Origin: Octopus sinensis
Taxonomy: Eukaryota
Direction: 5' to 3'
Assembly (NCBI RefSeq): GCF_006345805.1
Contig: NC_043018.1
Location: 14,446,001 to 14,510,000, forward strand
Length of the DNA: 64,000 bases
Part shown: piece after piece, positions 50,960-63,990 of the stretch
How positions within the stretch are numbered: position 1 is the first letter of the stretch
Layout of the letters: each line of letters begins with the position of its first letter
Position numbers and translations under genes: made by a program
The notes under the pieces: generated by a model
Seen by the model: the letters and a program-made list of their open reading frames with translations, nothing else
Told to the model about the DNA's origin: nothing
Database searches by the model: none

Positions 50960-52800
50960 GTAGAGTCCTAACAGCTAACAATTGGTGTGGGTAGTTTATT
51001 CCATGCTTCAGCAATTCTGAGCGTGAAAGAATGTTTCTGAAGGACTTGGGTGTTGGGTTGTTTTTTGATTCTGTAAGCATGTCCATGAGTGTTAGACATA
51101 AGGAATTCAAAAAGGTGCCCACGGTTGTTGTTGGAAAGATGGTGGATAATCTTGTCGGTGTCTACCGAGTCAGTTGCCAGATGTCAGGACTTTAATGAGT
51201 CCATGCCCAGGGAATCAAGACGTTCAGAGTATGGTAGACGCCTGACGACAGGTATCTGTCTGGTTCCACGTTTCCGAACAGTTTCCAGAAGAGTGATATG
51301 CTGAGCAAGATGGGGTTCCAGATTGGTGATGCAAACTCTAAGTGTGGATGAACCATAGTCATATACAGCTTTAAACACACAGCTGGAGAATGGCTGACAA
51401 AGGTCTTACTGAGTAATACTAAGACACTCTCAGGTTTCTTGACTATTTTAGAGATGTGGTTTGTCTAATGCAAATCACTACTGACAATAATATTCAGGTC
51501 ATGTTTGTTAGGAAACTTCTTGAGATTGGAACTGTTGAGGGAGTACGTAAAATCCGGGTTTTTCCTCCTGAAATTCCTGGAGGTGCATTTATCCACAGCC
51601 AGGTTCAGCTGCCAGTCAGTAATCCATTGCTGCATTGTGTTCCAGTCTGACTGCAGGAAAGATCTAAAGCATATAGGATGTTCTTTTTATCTCAGAGTAC
51701 AGCTTGATGTCATCTGTATAATTCCACACTTTAACGTTTTTGAAGTTGGCATCTGAGTCATTAACATGTGCAACAAACAACAAGGGTCCAAGAACGGATC
51801 CTTGTGGTACACCAGATGTCATCTTATAGGATAAAGAATGGTGTCCTAGAACCATGGTTACCTCTTTTCAACTGAGAATGAAGGACTTCAACCAGTTATA
51901 AAGATCATCTTTCACACTCATTGCATAGAGTTTTGCTGAGTCGTTTGTGTGGCATAGAATTGAAGGCTTTAGTAAAGTCAAGTTAGATAACATTCACCCA
52001 TAAGCTGCTGCTAATGATTTTGGTGATGTCTTCAAGAAACTGGTGAGTTGGCTACAGCAGCTGGAGTCAGGGATAAATCCAAATTGTGAGGGTCGAATAA
52101 GGCTGTGAGAGCTCCAGAAGTTCCAGAGTGTTTCTCTGACACCGGACTCCATCAGTCTGGCGATACAGCTTGTAAGACTGATTGGATGGTAGTCGACAGG
52201 TGAGGTGTGATCACCCTTTTTGAATATCAGAATGATGCTGGCAATTTTCCACTGCTCTCAGGTGACACATTTATTAAAGCAGAATCGAAAAAAGAATGAA
52301 AGCTGGTGTAAATGAAAGAACCCACCACGTTTGGGAAACAGATATGTAATGTCATCAAAACCAGGAGAGGCATAATTGCACTTATTCCTGAGGTGGCGTC
52401 ACAGTTGCAGGTGTAATTTTCACAAATGTTACAGAGGTGGTGAAGATGCTACATTTGGATTTTTCAACAGTAAAAATGCCAGCATAATAGTCAGCAATAA
52501 GTTCTGTGCATTCTTTGGGACCATCAGTAATCCGACTTGTGTGGGGATTGCAAACAGGGCCAACTGGAAAGTGAGATCTCTGCTTCGAGAGTACAATATT
52601 TCCAGAACACTTTGTTGTCAGGGTCGGTTGCTATATGTCGTTCAAATTCAAGCATGACCTTTTTCTTTGTTACCTGTTTGAGATGGTTAGATGACCTATT
52701 GTGTCTGATGCTATTCTCCTCTGTTCTATGTTGTCTGTATTCTTGTTCAACATCACGATGCTCTTTCCTAGCAAGTTGGACTGCTGAAGTCTTCTAAATG
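50960..52800 (-). mobile_element. CR1/Jockey-like LINE fragment in last GCLM intron
   Basis: YHPISLTSCIARLMES; GVPQGSVLGPLLF; YTDDIKLY; PHLEFASPIWNP; many stops and frameshifts. Confidence 0.85.
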
Positions 52801-52924
52801 GCACCTCTGAGATTTTTAAAACCAATTAACTAAACTATCTGAAGGTAGGGGGTCCCAGCATAGGAGCAGCCCAAAGGTTGTAATAAGTACAAGAATATAA
52901 TAAAAAAAAAAGCAAGACGAATAC

Positions 52925-53039
52925 CTTTGGGGTCATTGTGGGTGAGTAACTGGATGTCTGTAGCCTTGGCATATTCAATCAACTCAGGAGGCATGGTACA
53001 GCAGCTGGCTAAGTTCACTTGGTTTATACAGGGTTTTAC
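52925..53039 (-). CDS. GCLM: GCLM coding exon 6
   Basis: VKPCINQVNLASCCTMPPELIEYAKATDIQLLTHNDPK; near-identical to the GCLM signature QVNLASCCVMPP...DIQLLTHNDPK; 115 nt. Confidence 0.95.
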
Positions 53040-53758
53040 CTAACAGAAGTGAAATGGAAAAGAAACTCAAGTGAATGATACACACAAACACAACATGTAT
53101 ACACATATCAAACATAATTTCACACATACCTACACACACATAAATTCACTGGCATGCATATTTACACACACACATTTACATATGCCTAACACATTTACAC
53201 AGGTTTATAGAAACACACACTGGCTTACATATATTTACACATACTTATTATATACGTGTACACATACATAGACACTCGCACACACACATTTGTACAAACC
53301 TACACACAGAAGCATACATATCTATACTTACCTATACACACCTACACATGCACGGTCACACACCTACACAAATTTACACACACCCACAACTTACATGGTT
53401 CCACTCCCCCAACAAACACATCTACTAAATAGCCACAAAATAGCCCCTACATCGTGTCTTTTCCTTCTTTTTTACAATGCTAGTGTAAGGGTTGAGGAAG
53501 ATTTGGCTGTTATTTCTAGCAGTATGCAATGCAGAAGGTGACATCAGTTGGTTATGCAAAGACACGAGAGGAGGAGGAGGTGGAGGAGGAGGAAGAGGAA
53601 ACACTGAGTCCTCTTTCTCCTCCTCTTCCTTCTAAACACTTCATTAACACTCTGCTTTGTGAATGAATTCAGAGTTTTTTTACCAGTTGACTTTCATTCT
53701 ACTACGATGTTGATTTCACAAGAAGTTGGTGCGGAGGGCAGTAAAATGTATACCAGTC

Positions 53759-53810
53759 AAATATTGGGACCAATATTGGGACCAAATATTGGGACCAAAT
53801 ATTGGGACCA
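53759..53810. repeat. 13-bp tandem repeat x4 (aatattgggacca)
   Basis: Direct reading; in the GCLM intron ~60 nt past the exon 5 donor. Confidence 0.85.
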
Positions 53811-53869
53811 CTGAGTCGTGCCTGGCCCATTAAAATGTTAACAAGTTTTGTTCATGTTCGAACACTAAC

Positions 53870-54084
53870 CTTTGCCCAATCATATAATTCTTCCAAAAGA
53901 TCTCGGTCCAAGTCAGAGACTCCAGCATTAAGTAAGAGATCGTCATCATGTAAGTCTTGCAGGACTTCCCAGTAAGGCTGCAAGTGCTTTAATCTTAGTT
54001 CATCTTCATCTTCATCTTCACCAAACTCAGCATGCCACGATAGCAAAACAGTTTCTATGTATTCCACATCAAGTTCACTGAGAA
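53870..54084 (-). CDS. GCLM: GCLM coding exon 5
   Basis: (V)LSELDVEYIETVLLSWHAEFGEDEDEDELRLKHLQPYWEVLQDLHDDDLLLNAGVSDLDRDLLEELYDWAK|gttagt; HLQPYW and G-x-SDLD motifs as in GCLM. Confidence 0.93.
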
Positions 54085-54549
54085 CTGGAATCATAAAGTA
54101 CAAAAAACATTTTTTTTACTAATATATATACGTATATATATATATGTGGATATATTCTTTATATTCTACAATACAAATCTAGTCTAATAACAGCCAATTC
54201 ATAAAAGCGAATGGTTTCATGCTGAAGAATGTTCCAAAGGTGGGAAGATAAATCAACAATCATCAGGCATAGTTGAATGGGAAACCATATAAATTATAAA
54301 TTGACTGTTATGAGACTATAAGACAAAATAAAATACACATATATATTTATGATATAAATCACACACACACACAGAGTTTAAAGATCCAATAGAGACAGAA
54401 TCAACAAAAAAGAACTCCATCCGGTGAGAGTTAAATATCAATTTAAATACACAAACAAAAGAGCTACCAATAGTTTCAAAATATGCCTTGTATCTAAAAG
54501 CAAACTTTCAGACCCTGTTTATGCATCTTTATATATCATCTTCATCATC

Positions 54550-54900
54550 ATCATCATCGTTTAACGTCCGTTCTCCATGCTAGCATGGGTTGGACGGTTC
54601 GACCGGGGATCTGGGAAGCCAGAAGGCTGCACCAGGCTCTGGTCTTATCTGGCAATGTTTCTACAGCTGGATGCCCTTCCTAACGCCAACCACTCCGTGA
54701 GTGTAGTGGGTGCTTTTTACGTGCCACCTGCACAGGTGCCAGGCGAGGCTGGCAACGGCCACAGTCGGATTGGTGTATTTTACGTGCCACCGGCACGGAG
54801 GCCTGTCGAGGTGGCGCTGGCATCGGCCACGAGTCGGATAGTGCTTTTTACGTACCACCAGACCAGGGATCCTGGCTGGTTCAATTCGATTTCGATTTCG
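54550..54900 (-). mobile_element. SINE/LINE-tail repeat ending in (GAT)n; copies at ~46480-46665(+) and ~56110-56270(+)
   Basis: Shared ggcgttaggaagggcatccagc...gacgttaaacgatgatgat sequence. Confidence 0.7.
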
Positions 54901-55137
54901 CTTGCCCCATGTTTTTAAAACAAGGATGCTGGGCAGCAAGAAAATAAGAAAAACACATGTAGAAGGTTGGTGCAAAAAATGGAACGGGGGGAAAAAAGAC
55001 AAAGAAACGAAATGAAGAAAACTATGATCTTCGTCATCTCTGACACATGCAAGAAAGGAAAAGTGGGCATTAAAACAATGATGGTGATGGTGGTGATGGT
55101 GCTGATGAGGATAAATAGAATAAAAACGAACATGTAC

Positions 55138-55197
55138 CTTTCTCAACTGCATCTCTGACAATTGTCGCAGGTTGATTGTTGTATAAAAATATTTTCA
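55138..55197 (-). CDS. GCLM: GCLM coding exon 4
   Basis: ttttgcag|(V)KIFLYNNQPATIVRDAVEK G|gtacat; 60 nt, phase 1-1. Confidence 0.85.
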
Positions 55198-55772
55198 CTG
55201 CAAAACAAAATAAACTTCTGTATTTACCGATTATTTGTGTGTGCGCGTGTGTGTGTATGTATGTATGTATGTACGTATGTATGTATGTACGTACATACGT
55301 ATGTATGTATGTGTGTGTCATTGTGTTTGTTTCCCATCACCCTTGACAACTGGTGTTGGTGCATTTACATCCCTGTAACTTAGTGGTTCAGCAAATAGGA
55401 TAAGTACTAGGCTATAAAAAATAATTCCTGGGGTTGATTTGTTTGTCTAAAACCCTTCAAGGTGTTGCTCCAGCTTGGTCACAGTCATATGACTGAAACA
55501 AGTAAAAGAATAATACACAAAATATTTTCACAAATTTTTCTTGTATACAATTCCTAATAATAAGTAACTATAAAAATATAACATTGAAAGACTATGAGGG
55601 TCCACCCAAGTAAACTAGGAATCAAAGAGGTCTATGGGCAAAAAACAGCTGAGAACGAATGGTTTCAGTCGCCATTGCCCCAGCATGGGCTGCAAACAAA
55701 AAATTATTTATAATTTATAAAAAAGAGAATTTTCAATCAGTTTTGGCTGCTTGCAACTGGAAGAAACGTTAC

Positions 55773-55854
55773 CTGTTAATTTCAGTTCTGACCGTTCTTC
55801 CTTTGGTAAAGATTCTTTAAGTTCAGAATGGATGCAGTTGAGTTTTGGAATGTT
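55773..55854 (-). CDS. GCLM: GCLM coding exon 3
   Basis: ccattctag|NIPKLNCIHSELKESLPKEERSELKLT G|gtaacg; matches the GCLM 'EREEMKVS' region. Confidence 0.85.
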
Positions 55855-56931
55855 CTAGAATGGAAACAAAACAATCACTTTATGCTGTTATTATGAATTG
55901 AAAGCTTATGAAATATAATAAATATTAAATTGAGGGGGAAAAAAAGAACCCCAACAGCCTGTCTACGATAAATATTTTTTATAACACAGTAAAATTACTT
56001 TTAGCAATAGCATTTTCCCCACTTCAAAACAAGTTTCCTGATTCCTCAGGCTAGAAAAAAATCAGGTTCTTTAGAAGAGAAAAGTGTTTGGAGCACTATT
56101 TTAACATCATCTCAGGGTGGTTGGCGTTAGGAAGGGCATCCAGCTGTAAAAACTCTGCCAGATCAAGATTGGAACCTGGTACAGCCATCTGGTTCGCCAC
56201 ACCTCAGTCGAAATCGTCCAACCCATGCTAGCATGGAAAGCGGACGTTAAATGATGATGATGATGATGATCTCCACTTCTCAATGTTTTCCCACTTGTAA
56301 AATGTTCAAGTTTATCTGAATACGTGAGTGGCTGTGTGGTAAGTAGCTTGCTTACCAACCACATGGTTCTGGGTTCAGTCCCACTGCGTGGCACCTTGGG
56401 CAAGTGTCTTCAACTATAGCCTCGGGCCAACCAAAGCCTTGTGAGTGAATTTGGTAGGCGGAAACTCAAAGAAGCCCGTCGTATATATGTATATATATAT
56501 GTATGTGTGTCTGTTTGTCCCCCCAACATCGCTTGACAACTGATGTTGGTGTGTTTACATCCCCGTAACTTAGCGGATCGGCAAAAGAGACCGACAGAAT
56601 AAGAACTAGGCTTACAAAGAATAAGTCCTGGGGTCGATTTGCTCGACTAAAGGCGGTGCTCCAGCATGGCCACAGTCAAATGACTGAAACAAGTAAAAGA
56701 GTAAAGAGTATCTGATGGTGCTAGGTCTGGTGAGTAGGGCGGGTGAAGAAGAGTTTCCCAGTCCAAAGAATGTCACAGCAATTCATAGTTCTTTGGATCA
56801 ACAGGCTTACATTCTTCTCCGCTGCTCACTGATGTGAGTAGAGATACATAAGAAGAGAATTGTGTCTCTGTTATGAAATAGGAGCCAGAAAGGGGAAAGT
56901 TAATATACTGCAGCTTTTGATAGTAGTTTAC

Positions 56932-56997
56932 CTGCAAAGCGTCCGTTTGTGATGACTCAAGGAATGATGATAATGTTCCCTTCACACTTTCAATGAA
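56932..56997 (-). CDS. GCLM: Glutamate-cysteine ligase modifier subunit, coding exon 2
   Basis: gtcttcttcag|FIESVKGTLSSFLESSQTDALQ|gtaaac; 66 nt, phase 0-0. Confidence 0.75.
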
Positions 56998-57304
56998 CTG
57001 AAGAAGACAAAACGGAAAAAAAAGAAAAAAATCAACATCATTATGATTATATAACAACAACAACAACAACAACAACAACGAATCTCCGGTTAACAAAATA
57101 TTTTCAGTCTACATCACAATATCGTATACTAGAGGCGCAGGAGTGGCTGTCTGGTAAGTAGCTTGCTAACCAACCACATGGTTCTGGGTTCAGTCCCACT
57201 GAGTGGCATCTTGGCCAAGTGTCTTCTGCTATAGCCCTGGGCCGACCAATGCCTTGTGAGTGGATTTGGTAGACGGAAACTGAAAGAAGCCTGTCGTATA
57301 TATG

Positions 57305-57339
<35 letters not shown>

Positions 57340-58329
57340 ATCTGTGTTTGTCCCCCTAGCATTGCTTGACAACCGATGCTGGTGTGTTTACGTCCCCGTC
57401 ACTTAGCGGTTCGGCAAAAAGAGACTGATAGAATAAGTACTGGGCTTACAAAGAATAAGTCCCGGGTCGATTTGCTCGACTAAAGGTGGTGCTCCAGCAT
57501 GGCCGCAGTCAAATGACTGAAACAAGTAAAAGAGTAAAGAGTAAAAGAGTATATGATAGAGGACATGAAACAATATAAAAGAAAAAGCAAACAAATTTGT
57601 AGACCAAATTCCCAGCAGCTCCAAAATAAGTGAATTGCAAAAAAAAAAATCTTTCTAACAAATGCCTCAAATATTTTACATAAATTCCTCTCCAGGTAAA
57701 TAAATCTTAGTCATTCAGTTGTATTATAAATTTTATAGAATGATTTTGTTTCTCTTAATAACACACAAATGTCAATTTTATCAGTTGCATGGTGTCACAC
57801 CTGTTTGTATCTTTAGGTGTAAAATCCTGTCCCTTGGTGTCCCTGATTGAGACTTGGGTGCAGCTTGTATAAATTAAAGCAAAAGCAGAACATGATTATA
57901 ATAAGCAAACTTTAGGTTAATTAAAATATGTTTGTGACATATTTCAACTTCTAAAGGCAAATTCACTTATGGCAAAAATGTGTAAAAACAATATATCTGT
58001 CCAGCGCTGTCCCCTGTTAGATTCTCAGATGTGTTTCTAGCCCTTTAGCCATTATCAATGGGAAATTTCGACGAGAGACAACTCTGGACAGACTTACAGC
58101 TGTAGCTTTAACTAAAACACAGTCATCAACATTGACTAAGTTGTGCCATTAGACTACTAAGTCATAAAAAATTACTACAGTATCAGTGCCAAGCAGTTTT
58201 TAGGCATAAGCTAAAGTTTGTGACTTCAACTAATCTAAAGTTCACTCATGCCTAAACACTGCTCGGCACTGATGCACAACAATAATAATAATAATAATAA
58301 TAACAATAAGCTTGGAACTTAAAGAATAC

Positions 58330-58690
58330 AAAAGAAGCACAACTAGAGCAAGTAAGAAGGCAAGTGTGTGTTACATAAACATTGCAAAGGAAGCACTGTT
58401 TGTGCTGGTTAGGAAGGCAGGTGCTTGATATATAAACGACACAAAGGAAGCACTACTTGTGCAAGTAAGGAAGGCAGGTCTGTTACATACAGAAAGCAAT
58501 CAGGATCGGATGAATTACAAACGAAAGACAGAAGCAAAGAGGGAAAAACAATTGGATGGAGAAGAAGATGCATGGTTAGTTCTTGAGAGAGAAATACAAA
58601 GTAACACAGATCCAGATAAAAGATGGATGTGGTTACAAAAAGAGTGACTTGAAACAGGAAGTCAGGGGCCTAGAGATACAGTATGTAGGA
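58330..58690 (+). mobile_element. R4/Dong-like LINE fragment (post-RT region), frameshifted
   Basis: WMEKKMHG*FLRE...DPDKRWMWLQK motif. Confidence 0.6.
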
Positions 58691-59525
58691 CAGGAACAAA
58701 GGCATATTTAATAGAGCCATATATATATGCATTTTAGGAACAAGGCAAAGATGACTTTGGTTTGATTTGAACTCAGAACCTATAGACTCGAAAGAAATAC
58801 CACAAGGCATTTTTTCTGTTGCTCTAACAATTCTGCCAATCCACCATCCTTCTGGATTATTTCTTCTGGTATTTCTTTTGAGTCCTTAGGTTCCGAGTTC
58901 AAATCAGACCAAAGTCATCTTTGCCTTGTTCCTAAAATGCATATATATATATATATGGCTCTATTAAATATGCCTACAAGAAAATGTGGGGATTTACACA
59001 AAAATCAAATGAAATAAGAATAGCATACATGATATAGAATATAATATAGAATATATGGTAAAGTTCCAAGAGGAGGACCACCATTTATGGCCAATCAGAT
59101 CCAGGATTATTCTGAGTACTAATACTGAATGCCTTTCACCCAAATACATTCCCTAGCTTACCAGTAATTAGCAAGGCCATATTTTGCAGGCACCAAACTT
59201 TTTGGATCACCCTTTGCCTTTTTAAAATCCCTCATTTGAAGCCGTATGAAACTTTCCTCTCCTTGGGGAAGAAGTAGGTTACTGTTCTCTTTCCTTTTTC
59301 TCGTTAATGTACTCTTCAAACGAAGAGGCATGGGCCCCTTATGGCATACCTAACCCGTGTCTTTTTTTCCTTCTATAATATCCTTGTTAGGTTCGGCTGT
59401 TGCCAGTTACCAACAACACAAACCAAAAATTGTCATTGTTGCTCACATTAATTTTACGGCTGCTTTTGCCAATATCAGCACCAATAATGGTAGTGTAGTT
59501 GTTTACATTAATTCTATTTTGTGTG

Positions 59526-59576
<51 letters not shown>

Positions 59577-60789
59577 TAATTATCATTGTTTTCTATAATT
59601 ACCATTTTTATTGTAATTGTTAAAAATGTTTATGAAGGCATACTACAATCAAAACCACACAGCCACACACACACACACACATACACACACACACACACAA
59701 GCAGCTACATACTTCAGACAGTACTATAATTTCTAAAGCACAGAACTGACAGTAAGATTCAAACAGGTCTGACTGGTAGTAAATACAAAATAATAATAAT
59801 AATAATAATACCAATGGCAGTTTCTATGTTTTACTATTATAAATTTTCCCATGGAGCAATGGCAGCGAACTGCGTGCACCAGATGATTTTAATTGTGTCA
59901 TGACTCACTTCCGGGTTGCAAGATTTTCAGTTGAGTTAGAAAATGTCTGGTTATTTAGAAAACTGCTTTTAATGAACAGCACCAGGTTAAATACATTTTT
60001 TTTTTCTTTTTGTAGGGAAGTACAATGTCTACATCCATCTCTGGTTTTAAAACAATTCTGAAACTTTTATTTATGATTTTACATGACCTTTTATTATAAT
60101 TACTAGCATTATGACCTGGCAACGCTGGGTCATAGTGCTAGTGCATGCATATACAGCTGCGTGCGTGTGCACATACACGCGAGTACTGTCCAAATTTCCG
60201 ACCAATTACATACAGCTAGCTGGCATTCAATTGGCGTATCAAGTTTTGGGCATTTTGATTGGGTTTTGGATAGAAAATTCACAAAAAGGTCACTTTTATA
60301 AATTTTTTTAATGGCTTTGCAAGGGTGACTAAGGAAATGTAAAGATGTGCACGACCACCCTCGGACGGTTTTAAATGACCATAGAAAGTGTGAGCCCTCT
60401 AACTGAAAAATTGTGGATTTGTATAAAGGATACACACACACAGACAGACATTTTGCCATTTATATATAGAGAGATTACAAGAACATAGATGTTATTGTGT
60501 AAGCTTAAAAATACCCTTCAAAATCTCCATACAACTACCCGTGTACCTACACACCCTTTCCTCTTAATAGTTCTTTTATTGTTCATTTTACTGTCCTTTT
60601 GCTTTTTGTCCTGTGAACTATTGAACTATACATGCACTTTTGGCCATCACTGGTGTCTTTCTTTACTCGACTTATTGTTGCTTTCTATCCCTGCTTTTTG
60701 CAGGAATGAAAGGCAAAGTTGACCTTGGCGGAATTTGAATTTAGAACACAGCGACAGGTGAAATACTGCCAAGTATTCTGCCCAGCATG

Positions 60790-61010
60790 CTAATGATGCT
60801 GCCAGCTGAAAAGTTCATAGGCTGACCGTGAAAAGTTCATAGGTAATGATCAAACTAGACCAAATGTGTTTTATTTTCCAACATAGTCTAACCTTTGGTC
60901 CATGCACTTCTTCCGTCAGTGTTGCAGTGTTTGGATTCCCATGGCATAGAAGCTCTCGCCCTGGCCCTCAAAAAAGTCCTCAACAGCAGCTATGACATCA
61001 TCATCAGTTA
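60790..61010 (-). mobile_element. Mariner transposase C-terminal fragment
   Basis: DDVIAAVEDFFEGQGESFYAMGIQTLQH*RKKCMDQRLDYVGK*. Confidence 0.75.
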
Positions 61011-62115
61011 GATAATGTAATTGACTATCCCCCCACCCCACCCCACCCAAATTTCAGGCATTGTGCCTATCGTAGAAAAAACTATTATCCACGAGTAACC
61101 TTTCGAAGCGCCTCCCCCTATTGGGAGATTTTACTTGTTATATTTTCGTTGTTATCTTGCATTTTTACACGGACCTTTCAAACAGACAAAACCCTTTTTC
61201 TAACTTTTGTCCCGTATTTTGTCCTTACATGTTTTATTTGATTTTTGTTAGCCCTTGTGGCCAATAAACGAGAATTAATTATTATTATTATTATTAGGTC
61301 AAGTTGAAATATTAACCTGATTGAAACATTGGTTTGAAGAGACGGGGAGGGGCATTTAGAAAGAACCCCCCCACCTAAAGCACTGAGCCAGTCACAGACC
61401 TCAGCACAGTTGTATTCCTGAAGCCATACCTTCATTGCTCCTATTTGTCAGTGTTCTACCTGTGTAGGTGTCAAGTGTTCTTACCTGTGACAAGTATAAA
61501 ACATCAACATAGGCATCATAAAAATCATATCCAGTCATCATGGAAGTTCATTGTTTTAAAGCCGAGGGTAAGTCAGTGAATATATAGAAAGTGCATTTTG
61601 CAGGAACCCAGTTTCCTGACATATGGGGGGAGGAGAGATCGGAGAAGGGGTCAGCAGCCTGTCAGCACTTTGTGTGTCACAAACGAGGGGGCATTGACAA
61701 TTTTCCCTCATATTCTGCTCTTTAGTCTTTTCTGTTCTTATCTCTTCTTTCCATCCCCAACCCACCACTATCCTCTTCCGGCTTCTCCACCAACTCCCTC
61801 CCTCCCCCTTCTCTCTCTCTCTCTCTTTTCGCACTATTTCAGTTTTTATCACAAATTATAATTGATTCAAACTGTTGATTCCATTGTTTTGCCAACAACA
61901 TAGGGGGGGTTGTGGCAAAAATGAGGTCATGGCTGCGTAGCTTATTTCCACATGTCCCTCTCTTCACTTAGTTGTTTGCTTCAATTCTCAAAACTTTTCA
62001 AAACTGGTCCACTTTAAACTCTTTCTTTTTCAATTAAATTTCCATTTAATTTTCAGTTTCCGTTTGTACATTGCATGAATATTTATAATATATATATATA
62101 TACATACATATATAT

Positions 62116-62146
<31 letters not shown>

Positions 62147-62150
62147 AAAT

Positions 62151-62181
<31 letters not shown>

Positions 62182-62719
62182 AAATACACACACACATATA
62201 TATATATATATACATACACACACACATATATATACATATATATATACACATATATATATATATACATGTACATAATATACATGTACATAATACATATATA
62301 TATACATGTACATAATATATATATATATACATGTATGACTGCGTGTGTACCGTTGGCGATTTTTTTTCCTCCGTCTTCCCTTCTCTGGATCTTTCCTTTT
62401 CCTATGTTTCCAACGAAGAGCTCTGCTCGAAACGTAAAGCCCTCCTTCTTCCCTTCCTTCCTGAGCGTCCAATAATACTATATTTGTTCCACGTCCTCGC
62501 GTTGTTGTGTTTTCTCTTTGTGTTTTCATGTATGGATTAACTTTATATATGTACATACATTTATATATATACATACATACATTTACATACATTTACATAT
62601 ATATATACATAAATATATATATATACGTACATATATTTACATACATTTACATATATATATACATAAATATATATATATACGTACATATATATATATATAC
62701 ATACATATATATATATATG

Positions 62720-63102
62720 GATGGAAGCACTCCGTCGCTTACGACGACGAGGGTTCCAGTTGATCCGATCAACGGAACAGCCTGCTCGTGAAATTAACGT
62801 GCAAGTGGCTGAGCACTCCACAGACACGTGTACCCTTAACGTAGTTCTCAGGGATATTCAGCGTGACACAGAGAGTGACAAGGCCGGCCCTTTGAAATAC
62901 AGGTACAACAGAAACAGGAAGTAAGAGTGAGAGAAAGTTGTGGTGAAAGAGTACAGCAGGGTTCACCACCATCCCTGCCGGAGCGTCATGGAGCTTTAGG
63001 TGTTTTCGCTCAATAAACACTCACAACGCCCGGTCTGGGAGTCGAAACCGCGATCCTACGACCGCAAGTCCGCTGCCCTAACCACTGGGCCATTGCGCCT
63101 CC
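62720..63102 (-). mobile_element. tRNA-derived SINE family 2, full length
   Basis: Head ggaggcgcaatggcccagtggttagggcagcggac...gtttcgactccc (A/B boxes); fragments at ~25855-26010 and ~28755-28915. Confidence 0.8.
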
Positions 63103-63108
63103 TATATA

Positions 63109-63139
<31 letters not shown>

Positions 63140-63254
63140 GCATACATATATACATACATGCATACACATATACATACATGCATACACATATACATACATA
63201 TATATATATATACATACATACATACATATATACGTACATACATATACATACACA

Positions 63255-63990
63255 TACCGCCTTAATAACACTAGCTCCGTTCTCAGTATTTCGGTTGGAA
63301 AAACTCTCCTCTCAGACCATAACATGATACTCTGCAATTTTAATTCCCAACAAATCAAAACCAAACCAGCCAATCCCACTGCACTGCACTTATTTGGCAA
63401 CATAATATTCCATAAAGCAGACTGGGGAGCAATCGGAAAGGATCTGTCCTTCATCGACTGGTCTTTCACTCTCACTTCCATTCACATTGAGACCGCATGG
63501 CAGCACTTTGAGAACATTGTCACCTATACATGCTCAAAACACACTCCTACGAAATCCACTAACACAAACAGAAACCGGCTCCCTAAAAAGAAAAAAAACA
63601 CACTCATCAGGTGCATCAAAAGACTCAATAAAAAATCAACCAATTAAAATATTCCCACATACAACAGCCACATTCAACAACAATGAAAAGGCTGGAATTG
63701 GAAAAACTTCACCTGCAGACCGACATGAAAACCTCCACCGAAAATCAAAGAGCTGTGGAGGAACAGTGGGTTATCAAAAACATCAAACAAAACCCAAAAG
63801 TGTTCTATTCTTATGCAAATAAGCATCAAACCACTGTCTCATCCATTGGGCCATTGATTGATGATAACGGCATTCTCCAACACGATGCTAAAGAAATGGC
63901 AGAAATACTGCAGAAACAATACTGCTCTGTCTTTAGTGTTCCCACTGATACTGACGTAAGAGAAGCGTGCAAAGTTGATTCCTAACATAA
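63255..63990 (+). mobile_element. CR1-like LINE fragment (EN end and linker)
   Basis: SDHNMI...FHKADW; IKQNPKVFYSYAN...EMAEILQKQYCSVFS. Confidence 0.75.

Noticed and set aside
59158-59331. 57-aa minus-strand ORF, and 59713-59772 exon-like segment, as GCLM exon 1
   Set aside because: No similarity to the GCLM N-terminus; the donor in the ORF is phase 2 whereas exon 2 needs phase 0.
61178-61570. SAM-like 'EVCDWLSALG' frame (minus) and micro-exon MEVHCFKAEG|gtaagt (plus, 61540)
   Set aside because: Too short, no supporting exons in the window; compatible with chance.
62720-63102. tRNA genes
   Set aside because: tRNA-like A/B boxes are SINE heads continuing into SINE bodies; no complete cloverleaf was supported.
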